Assembly (NCBI GenBank): GCA_032718475.1
Contig: JAUCBJ010001356.1
Coordinates: 1 to 64,000, forward strand
Direction: 5' to 3'
Source of the DNA: Nemertoderma westbladi
Taxonomy: Eukaryota; Animalia; Xenacoelomorpha
Length of the DNA stretch: 64,000 nucleotides
The notes below the pieces were generated by a model. That model did not search any database. It was not told the DNA's origin and saw only the letters and a list, made by a program, of their open reading frames with translations. Shown here piece after piece: positions 42,195-54,100 of this stretch (the stretch's first letter is position 1; the number at the start of each line of letters is the position of its first letter). Position numbers and translations under genes: made by a program.

Positions 42195-45100
42195 CTAAAT
42201 TTATTACCGGTATTATTACCGTATTATACTTTTTTTATAGGCCTATATGAGGGTCCCTCAGAGGTGTTTCCTCCATTACCGGTACCTGTAAATGGTTGTT
42301 TGAGTTTATAGGCCTAACTTCTACCGGTCTTTGCATCGGTAGATCGAAGCGAAGCGTATTATCAGCATCATTCTCCCAATTCTCCGAATTTTCACTAGAG
42401 CATGTGCATGGTTGTATCCTTATATTTAGTGTGAAATCTTTAGAAATTTCAACCTTTGTTGGTGATAAAGGTACTCCATTTCCTACCGAAGTAAAGCCGA
42501 TTTCAAATTTTTGGTTTATGTAACGCAACTCCATCTCGGCAATATTGGATGACGAGAGATATGTTTCGCTTGATTCCAAATCAATTTTGATACTACTTCT
42601 CATCGCTTGGTTGTTAAAAAAGGCGAATGTCATCTTCGAGGTAAGTTGTCGTCGTAACTACCGGTAAGAATTTCTTAAAATTAAATAGGCCTACTGGTAT
42701 TTTTTTCTTCTTTTGTTTAACAAAATTATAGTTCACTGTTAGAAAAATTGAGTTTATATATATTTTTGTAGAGGGTCGCAGATGTTTAGATTACAAAATT
42801 CTCATAGTTAACAAAATGCACAACATAAACCTTTCCCATGCGGATTAGTTAGCGATATATGCTCTGTTCATTGTTCTATTCTGAATGTAGGGAGATGCAT
42901 AGCTGATGTTTTAATAATATGTACCGGTATACAGACTAGTAACAGATAGGAGGGCATCGTCTTTGACTATGAATACCAGCACATAGCCCTAATCTTTTCT
43001 CACCGAGCTTAGCGTTGCCTGCTGCACACACGCACACTCATAAGTAACAGATGCGCTATTGTAGCTCACTCGTGAGCAGCGATGCTTAGTTAGCTAGCTA
43101 GCTAGCTACTGCCGCTGAGTATACTATGCCTACTTGAGTGTTACAAGCAATCGCTCTACTGAAGTTAGTTAGTTAATTTCCCCCCAACTAGTTGTTGATT
43201 TTAAAAAAATATTCATAAATTTTTTTCCAGCCAAATTTAATATATATTTTACAGTAAAAATCTCCACCACCAAACAGCAACAACAACAACAACAACAATA
43301 AATTTCACTCGCACTAATTATATTTTACATCAAAAACCCTCGCACCAAATAATAATAAATTATTAACCAGTTTGTTGAATATAGGATAATATATATGAAA
43401 TTTAAACGGGGAACACATTAATGTACATTTACCAGTGTAGAAGCAGCAAACAACAACAATATTATTTATTCTGACTTTACAGTTATTGAATATTTCGGGC
43501 TCGTATGAAATTTCTAGTTTAACATTATCAAATATAACATAAAACCCGATATTGTTTATAAGTAACCTATAAATTACGGTATCGATACTAAAAATATAAG
43601 TACACAAATTGATTGATTTAAAAATCAAATTAATGTTTGTTTTTTCGAATATATGCTTTTTCACTTTATTAAAATTATATTTTCTACCGAGAATTGTTAT
43701 TCGTCCATTTGTAAACATTAATATGGTTGCACCAAATACCTTATATATAAACTGATTAGGTTTGAGTACAATTTTACCATTCAATTGATTTTTTAATTCT
43801 TTTAAATTAAGTCCATAAATGATCTGCTTACAACTTATATTTTTATTTACTATTTGATAATTCATCATCAACACCATCGTCTTTTGGTTCTTCATAAATT
43901 GGTATATTTGATATTTTTATAGGTTTTTTGAGGTTTGTTTTATAGTGCCCCCAAGGAAGTGATTGATTTTTATTAACCCAATAAAGTTTATCATCAAAGC
44001 TACTGAGTGCAAATTTATTTTGCTTTAACCCTATCCATACCGGGGGGGGGACTTTTGGAGACGCACTTTATTTGATTGCTTGGTTCAAAGCCAATCCACA
44101 TTTATTGCAAGTGAAATTCCGTTACTTTTCCTAAAATTTATTATTCTTTATCTTAAAACAAAAATTAATTTTCATATTATTATTTATGACCATGAAAATG
44201 ACTCGTAAACTGACCTGTCTCTGAAACTGTCATATTATTGCTGAACTATTATAGGCGGGAAATTTAAAATTCAATCAATTTAATATAAATTTAAAATCAA
44301 TTTAAACATAATTATAGTATATAAATATTATATTTCAGCATTAGTGTGTGGCATATTTGGATAGAGGAATAAATTTTGTATCTAAAACTTTTTACTTTAA
44401 AGTAATATCATTAAACCACACAAAGTTATATGCTTCCAAACTTTACGTCCCCAAAAGTCCCCCCCCGGTAGGTGGAGCGTCTAAAGTACCCCGGTATGGA
44501 TAGGGTTAAGGTATAAATACGATGTAATTTAGATTGAAATCTGTATATGTTTTTTTTATTTCTTCATTTGAGTTATATGCTTTTAAATATTCTTCATGTA
44601 TAATATTCGTTTCCACAACAGCTCTTGTAATACCTTTTGCTCTACGAATATTTTTGTTATTCCATTCCAAAATTGAATATAATTTTGGTCTTAAAAATAC
44701 TGCTTGTTTAATTTCACGTGAAGCTAGTTCATCTTTACAGTAATAAAGTCTCGATTTATTTTTATCGCTGTAGAGAGGGTGATCCTTAGGGTAATTGGAT
44801 GTATCTAAAATATTATTTTTAATTAATGCTTTTGAAAAAATATTCTGCGATGTATTATATTAACATCCTATTAAAGAGTCTGTATCTGATGCAGCAATTT
44901 CAATACGACAGTTTAATTCTTTCTCAATAGGTAGCAATTTATTGTAGAACAGCTCATACATATCCAATTTAGCCAAGTCCAACACAGTGCTACCAATAAA
45001 TATAGGCTTATCGAGAGTTACAGAGTCTTTCACTAATAAATGTCCCGATAATGTATTATTGTATATTATAAATTGTTCATGATTAATACGATTTACCAAT

Positions 45101-48100
45101 TGGTCGCATTTATCATTGCTATTTGCGATACAAAAGTTACATCGATCTCTTATCTTTTCTATTGATTTACCAAATAACGAATTATTAAGCAATTTCGCGA
45201 CAACTGTTTCAATGTAACTTTTTGCTAATCGCCTTTGATTAATATTAAAATCGATGTAATTTTTAAATACAAATTCTTGTTGAAAAGAATATAATTTATG
45301 TAGTTTAGTAACAATTAATCCATGTTTTATATAAAATTTTAACAGTTTCAAATGTAAATGATAAAATTCTTTATCAAATTGCGTCAGCAAGAGTTTTGGT
45401 ATAGGCATCCTATATTTACGGGAGGTACCTCTTTGTATCGATAAGTTATTAAATTGTTCCCTCATATAAGGCGAAAGCATTGATTCATTTATACTTAAAT
45501 GCTCTGGAGCTAACGGTAATTGTAATGTTTGATCGTGAATAGCTTTGAGATAATTTAAATCACATATTAAAAAATATCCAGTAGATCCATCAATGTCTAA
45601 ATCTACCAAGTACTCGATTAGTTTTTCTGGAATTGCATTCTCTAAGTGTTTAATACTTACTTCTTTGAATTGTGAGGTGGGTAGTTTTTTACTTAAATTC
45701 CCAGAATATAAAGAGTTGAAATCAATATTAAAAATATGGCATTCTTCCTTAGTAGAATCATATGTACTTGTTCCTGGTATATTTGATTCTATATAATGCT
45801 TTCGACAAAATGAAACACCACCCCTAATTGATTTTTCAAAATCTCTATATGTCTGATAATCCTTTATTAATTCTATTTTACATTTATTATATTTTAGTGC
45901 GCAATCATAGGTAAATGACGCGATACTACAGTAAAAAACCGCTTCTAAATCGTAATTTTGTTTACAAACATTCCTAAAATTCTCAAATATATCAGCAAGC
46001 AAACAAACATCGAGTTTTAAATAGGCTAAAAGATAATCTTTGAGATTCGCACAGTCGAATTCTACCCATGATAATTCCGCAAACCTATAATCTTCAATTG
46101 TGCATGTTTTTTGACTTAAGTTACTAAAAAAATTATTTATAGACGGCAAACCAGTATCATTAAATTTATTTATATCTGTCAAGTACTCGTATGGAAATAC
46201 TCCTTTCCGTTTAATTGTTGAGTTATTCAAGTTTGGATAAAAATATTTCATTTCTTGTAGAGTAATAGGTAAAATTGAGCTTATATCATGACTCGCTACA
46301 TCCTTTGTTGAACACTCTACTAAATTACTTAAAGAAAAGCTTAAAAATTGATATGTGTCTAAGAAACGTAACTCAATTTTCTTAGAAGTGTTTTTAATTG
46401 GGATAAATGCACTCAGTGAAATATATCGTTCTGTATTTCTCGGTATAACCTTTATATCCCAATCTGTGTATTTCTTATCTCTAAATCCGGTTTGTAATAT
46501 ACAATGTATATCATAATTACTGGAATTGTGCCCGCAAAGTACATACAGGTATCGTTTCAATGATAAACTTCGGTTACAACTATTACAGGCTGCCGCAATA
46601 TATTTACCTGTAATATGTGAATGATGTCTGTTTTTCCCTACATTATTATTTAAAGTAACATTACAATAGAAACAAAATTTTGCTTGTTCAAAATTTACAA
46701 AATCAATATTAGTAAATGACATAGTTTTATGAGTATATATTTCTGACCAACAACATAATTCAGTTAAATCAGTATATAATGAATCTAAGAAATCTTGAAT
46801 ACAATTATTATTATTTGACTTTACGAATGTTTTCAAATGACATTTTGGAGCATCAAGTAATTCACTATTGGGAACAATTAAATAACTCACAGCACACGGT
46901 ATATGCTCCTGTATAATTTGATTATTAACTGAAGGTTGTAAGATACATTCTATATCAAAGTAGGTGACAAACAATGGGGCTAAGGTTCTATCTAAATTTG
47001 TAAAACTAATGTGTGTTCTTTTTTTATTAGGTAGTTTCTCTCGTTGACTTCTTCCTTGGTAGCATGCGAGACGGTGTCGATGAAGAACTTCCGCTCAAAA
47101 AAAATGAGCCAAACACCTTTCACAATATTTCCTATTCCTGATATGAAGAGCTCTCGTATTCAGCAATCGATTCAAGTTAGTTATGCAAACATAATGATTC
47201 AGTTTAGGTACATTGTTATTTTTTACTACAAGTAATATATTTAATAACTGTTTATCAGGTGTAATTTTACCAAACGGAGGTTGTCTTAATATAGATACAG
47301 GGGTGCGTTTGTTGTCGTTATTCCAACATAGTAAATTAATTATATATTTTGAATTTTGTTTTTCAAAAAGTTTAATCGCTAACTGCCACTCTGTTGGATA
47401 ATCATTTTTCCCGTTGTCAAAAATGAAATGACTCATATAATTTTTGTACGACGAAGTATGGTTTTTGTTGTTCACTTTGCTACTAAATTTTGCGGCTATA
47501 ATAGCCCATTTGAAACAGTCATTATCAGCCGATTGTACATTTATAACACATCGTTTACTCGATAGAACCTTAGGTAATTCCATATATCCATGCCCCTTAT
47601 ATAGTAACGACCTACACTTAGATTCAGCTAATTTAATTTCAACCCTTAATAAAGATTTAATACGCCACCCTGAACCACGTGTGTTAAAGATGGCTATTTT
47701 TTGTAATATATTTTCCACCACATACTCAAACCATGTGTCAAAACTTTGTGATGAATCTACAGTATTAATAGCACCACCGGAAGAATTAAAATAAAAAGTT
47801 TCCAATTGCTCGCCTTCTGAAAAATGTGATCTGTACATTAATACATTTAGACCTAACCACAGTCTAAGAACATTCATTTCTTTCAATCTGTCTAATATTA
47901 ACTGAAGAATATTACCTCGAATTCGCGTTAATGCTGTTTCCACATCGGGATAATCTCTAGAAGTTGGCAGGTCGTGGACATAAATTTCAAGACGATTATC
48001 GTGAGCTTCTTGTTCCCGCGTAAAAATTGTTGCGCATGTACCAAGAGCCACCCTTAAGTTTTTTCTAGATAATATATTTTTTTTATGTTGCGGAGATTTA

Positions 48101-51100
48101 CGCTTTCTTGTGTAGTAACATTTCAAGTGACAATCGTGTCGTAAATAATTCTCATATGTATACTCTTTATTACAGGTAGAACAAGTCAATTGATAGGTAC
48201 GGAACTCCATTTCTTTACAACCAGTAGTTGATTCATGTCGTTTACAAATTTCGCTGCATGAAGTCACGACATGACACTTAAAACAAGAATAACTTTCAAA
48301 ATGTGACCGTAGGTGGCGTAAATAATTATATCTAGTTACATCATATGACAGAATGAACAACATATTGTTATTTTATCCATGTTGAAGTTTGTTTAGATAA
48401 TTAATAATAATAATAATTATAATAATAAAATATCACCAAAGATTAAAATAAAACGAAATGAAATGAAATGTTATTGACTATATCTAAACATTTATATGCT
48501 AGCGAGTGAAATAATTTTAAATCAATCACCAATCGCCTATGGGTATTGGAAACCTCAAAGAGTTTAACTTATGATCAGGTTTACACCTGCTCCTACTTCA
48601 GTAGAATTATCGGTATTGGTGATAATAATTTTTTTATTATTGGTTTTAACCATTTTGAGACGGTCTGATAATTGAATGATATTTTTATCAAAAAGATGCT
48701 TGTCTGGTTCATCGATTTGAGTGTCCCACTCTCGCAACAAAACGGTTAGTTCCTGATTTGACAAATTGAAACCCGTATAATAGTTAAAACCAACACTATC
48801 AGCGTATCTGAGGCTGATTTTCCATAAGCCAACATAGTTGGTTCCTTTAAAAGCTGTTACAAATCCAATAAACTCTGGATTTGATAATTCAATGTAGAAT
48901 TGATCGCTAATAATCTCTAGCGGTGGTGAGAGAAATTGCAATAATTTCCCTCTGTATTGAATTAGAACTTCAGTAAAAGCTTTGTTGAGGACTTTACATT
49001 TGCCCTGTTTCTGAACGTAAACATCACCCGATGTGGGGTTGATAGAAATATTCAAATTTCCCCGCGCAAAACGAAGAGTGGGATATATCCTACCTGGTAT
49101 AATTGCTGGTCTGGATTGATGTTGGTTGTTGGTTGTTGTTTCTAGAATGTCTAGCAAATAGCGGGTATCTTGATGGGAAAAACAAATTGATTCGTTGTCC
49201 TCCTGAGATTCCACAATAAAATACTTCTTGCTGTGAACGGCGGTACAAGTATATTTATTGTAAGTAAATTTCCAGCTATTTGTTGCTCCGGTTTTTTGTG
49301 TTAAGGCCATAATAATAATAATAAATACGAAAAATATTACAAGTGATAAATTTTAAACCGTATCGCTGTAATAAATTGACACCATAGTTCTCACTCTAAA
49401 ATTGTGATGGTCGGAAAACGACACCTAAGAAAAATGATGCTGAGTTCGACATTAGGTATCGATGAAAAAACAAAAATTGAGCAAGACACGTAGCTCAGAT
49501 TTTCGTTTTTTCATCGATACCCAATGCTGGAATCAGTATCATTTTATGAGGTGTTGTTTTCCAACCAACGAATATACAACGAGTAAGATAATGTAGAAAT
49601 TATTAAGGAAATAACACAATTTCAGAGTGAGAACAAAAAATTAGATATGGTATCAATATATTACCATGAAGATTACAAGTGATGAATTTTAACAAAAACA
49701 TTCAGTTATATATAAATTTTTGAATACGTGTGGATGTGGCATAATCAACGTAGAAGAGATGGGATGTGGCATAATCAACGAATAAGATGGGTTGCAATGT
49801 GGATGAATGGTTGCGTGGATAGGAAATACGTGAAAGAATATGAATCATTGGGTTGTGCGTAATAATAATCAATAATTATAATAAAAACGCACAGTATAAT
49901 GTTAGTAGTAGCCTTTCAATATGGCGCAGATGCTGAGGGTTAGGTTAGCTTGAGTAACTACTATGGAAATGCGAGAACGTGTAGTTGACGCGTGGCGGAA
50001 TTTCATGTATCATACTGGCTGGTTGGTTTATTGGTTTGGCGACAGCAGTCGAGGTGGGTAAATCGTTGAGTTGGCAATCGATATAATATAATATATAATA
50101 TCGAGGGAGGGTATATGCGTGATACGTGTAGATGGCCACGTCGTCGTTGTCGTCACCATATACAGTATACAGTGGTGGTGGTGGTAGCGTGGCGAAAAGG
50201 GGAATAACTGTAGGGTTAGTCAATCAGTCGAGTAAGGCGGGCATCGCGAGGTTAGGCTACGCTACGATTGGTTGATGGCAACTGCCGATGGTGACATATG
50301 GCACGTGTCGGAATTTGGCATTTTTAATAGCCCTCCGAGAAGTAGCCCATAGCCCAAGCTAGGGAGGACTATGCGGAGGGCCATTCTTCTCCTACTACTG
50401 TTAGGGCTTGATAGGCCGAAAAGTACGTATAGCGCTGGTTCAACCCCCGGTGACGTGATTCCTTATTTTTTAAAAATTATATGCGTGTACATATACATAC
50501 ACTCATCAGTAGTGTGAAGTGAATATAACCAACATTACCTTCAATAAACTCTGTGTTGCGTGAGGGAGAATAGGCTGTGTGAAACAGGCGAGATTACTCA
50601 TCCAAGTAGCCGACGAGTCTCCCAAGTTGTTCAGTATGAGTTCCAACGTGTAGCACAGAGCGTTGTGCATGTTCTCCGAGTTGACTCCGGTAACTCGGTT
50701 CACAGCCGACTCTGTGGCGCCTCTAGCGGCGGCTCTAGCGCCCCCTTGCGACCCGTCGGGGCCGTGTCTCCACCACATGGACAGGTAACTGCAGAGCATA
50801 GGGAGGATGACCTCGACAACGTTGGCGACGTCGTCGCCACTCCGGGAACTCCCGTCGACGAGTTTGTGGACCTCGTCCATCGTGTCCGTCAATCTCGGGA
50901 TCCCCTCCGATAAAAGTTCGTCGGTTCGAGCTGAAAATAAACGGGATCAGTAGCAGCAGTGGGTGTGATTAACTTTTTGATTTATATGCAATGAAACTCC
51001 TCCACAGATCGCTATCAACCAGCATAAAGAAACCCCAATTATTGTACATTCTCAATACTTCAGCAGATGTTTCATGATGTCAACAGCTGTCCACTACGTT

Positions 51101-54100
51101 TCCTTCCCCAGCTGTCTGTCATGGGACATAATCATACAGACAGATCTGATATACGAAAGCATTGCTTGGGGGGGGGGGGTGCAGGCACGATCAATGCAAA
51201 GTAATGTAATTAAAATCTCATTGTTTCTACTAAATACTTTCTAATTACTCACATTTACTATCTTTTAAGTTTGAAACACAATGGCGGTTGTACGAATTCA
51301 GATGAGGTTCCATAAAAGCGACAGGGAAAGCAGAAGCCAGAGCACCTAAACATTCACCAATAGGTCGTCTGTGTCTATAACAAAACATTTTTATTTATTA
51401 GTAGACGGAAAATATATAGAGAACTTATATCGAAAATTATAAAAATATTGTTCCTAGGGATTAGGCAGCATAAATGGATATCCCAATGGTTATCATTGTG
51501 ATGTATTTCATCCTACGAGCTATTAAAATAAATAATTCAAGGTTTTACTGTACGAATTAAACAGTCAGCAGAACTACATGTCAACAGATGTTACAAACCT
51601 GTCAACAGCTGCTTTATTCGATGTACCGAGAGCGTAAAGGGCCTTTAGGATCTCGTAACAGGAGAACTGGACCTCGCGTGTAAGGACGTCCGGTCCGTAG
51701 CCATGGTTACCGATGTGTCCGAACAAGGCCGTCAGTACCGGTAGTGCCGCCCCGGAGATGTAGGGGAGACATGCAGACCCCTGGTCCTGGGATTATAAAC
51801 AGTTGACTAAGTAATGGGGAAGTTTGAGAAAGTACAATCCGAAACCGAGGTGAGCCTCATATTTATTGGTTTTGGTTATGCAAAGTACTTATAGGAATGC
51901 TTAGGTGCTTAGGAAGAAATCCCAAATACTGTAAATTACTTATTAAATTAAATTAAATCGTTCCGTCTACCTGCATGTGGAGTGCTGCACACGCACGTCG
52001 CACAAACACTGTAATAGCATAAAATGATAATCCGGCTAAGAAAATAATAAGATCGTTTGTAAACAAGCGCAAAATCGCTCTAAGGTCCGCGTCTACTAAC
52101 GCATCAACTGTCTCCACCTTGAATAGCTTACTACCAAAAAATCACCGGAAAGGGGGGGGGGGGGGGGATTGAACTCGGTACCTATAGATTCCAAGTCCAA
52201 CGCTCTACTAACTTTGCCACTGCGCCGTATGAAGCCTTAAAACCAAAACCCAACTGAAAATTAACAACAACACCAATAACGGAGTGAATACTAGAATAGG
52301 TCTCGTTTCGATCTGGACTGGAATGTATCCAAATGTGTAATAATTATGATATATCGTAAAAACAGTTCAGTTTTAGGTGGTCACTATACATTCTTTCATT
52401 CACCCAAATACCATCTGAACGAATCAACACCTAGTTCAATCAATTAAAGGAAAGGAAAATGATATAGTTATTAAAGGAAGATACAAAAATACGAAACATT
52501 ATTATAAACATTAGTAATATTATCATTTAATCAATAATCGTAAATTACATTGCATGTAAATATATTCAGACTTCATATAACACTGTTATGAACCTTTGAA
52601 TTTAAGATTTTTATCATATTTAATAAGAATTTTTAGATCAATATCCATATGAAATATGTCCATCATTCGTTGTGTGGCATTCTCAGTAATGCGATTAAAA
52701 GTGCTCGAATTTTCGCCATAAAAGTACGGAAGATGGTGTTTCTTGCCGCAGATAATGTAATGTACAACCGACATACCGCGCTCTAGTTCTTCTATAACTT
52801 CGGTTTTATGCTGCACCATATACGGCATCTCTTTAGGCAGTAGGTCCAGCAACTGTTCTTGCACGCACGATGCTATAATAGCGTCGGGTAGTTGGTCTGT
52901 AACAACCGTCTCATTGAACTCCCAAGCTCCTTTCTTACTCATATCGAATAGACAATCCAGCAGGGCGTCTGTTCCATCGTTGGAACAGGCCGACACCATA
53001 AACACTTCCTTAAACCGCGGCCAATAACCTCGTTCAGCTAACTTATTCTTCAACGCCTTAACTTCCTGGTCTTTTTTCTTTCGAATCTGGCGTTGTTTCT
53101 CTTTTAGATCCTGAGCGAGTTTTACAGAATCTGATGGTGGCGGAGGTTCTATGTTAAACAGAGTTCGCAGTTCGGAGTCGTTAAACTCCGTTACAACCTC
53201 AGGACTCAACCCGGTCTCTGTTGCGATCTTATCAATGCGTTCCTGTCGAAATTGTTGGTATGCGCTGACTGATTCGTGATGGGAACCATCGAGGCAGGGC
53301 GTCGTCGGATCAGATGCAGTGGGTGTCAACGACAACGACACGGTCTCAGTGTCAGGGATATGTGGTGCTAAGGCTTGGGTGTCTGAAACATGGAGTGTTT
53401 GTGTGTCGGTAACATGAGTTGGTACTGTTTGCAAGTTAGTAACTTGAGATACTACTGTTTGTGTGTCAGTAATATTAGGTGTTCGTCTGTCGGTAATATT
53501 TGGTGTTTGGGTGTCAGTAACTTGGTGTGTTTGTGTGTCAGTAATATTTGTTGTTTGTGTATCATTAACCTGAGGTGTTAGTGTGTCAGTAACTTTAGGT
53601 GTTACTGTTTGTGTATTAGTCCTATGAGGTGCTGAGGTTTCAGTATAATTAGACCGAATTAAATGAATTCTAGAAGGATGAATACCTCGATATGATAAGT
53701 TCGATGATTCCGCGAGGGAATCCCGTATACGAACCGGAGCTAGCCAATCGGGAACACCGGATGTTGCGGCACCCTGCGACTCAGAATAGCCAACTATTGC
53801 ACTACCGCCAGCTTCCTTAAAAGAATCCGAATTCCCCACAGAATTCATAAACTTTCTTCGAGTAGGATGTACCCAGTTAGTTACACCGCCCACTGCTTCT
53901 GTTAAATCATCCGTTTGAGTTGGACAGCTACTTACAGACTCAGTATCGACATGAGAGGAATCCGGGGTATTAAATCCGCTCTCATCGCCCAATAACTTAA
54001 AGGAAGGAAGTTTGGATCGTTTGCGTTTTGGTTCGTATAAGTCCAAAAGAAGTTGATGCCTAGCTGCGTTAACCGACTCCCCAGACAAGGCCTTGTGTTT

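Larger units (their letters stand above)
28620..50399. mobile_element. Maverick/Polinton element, full-length but decayed
   Basis: Termini AGTAGT...ACTACT; ~430-bp TIRs; 6-bp TSD GTTAGG (28614-28619 and 50400-50405); INT, ATPase, capsids, protease and pPolB present. Confidence 0.97.

Noticed and set aside
47095-47097. In-frame TGA in pPolB as programmed readthrough or selenocysteine
   Set aside because: The same gene has a TAA stop, a frameshift and a MITE insertion; ordinary decay is simpler.
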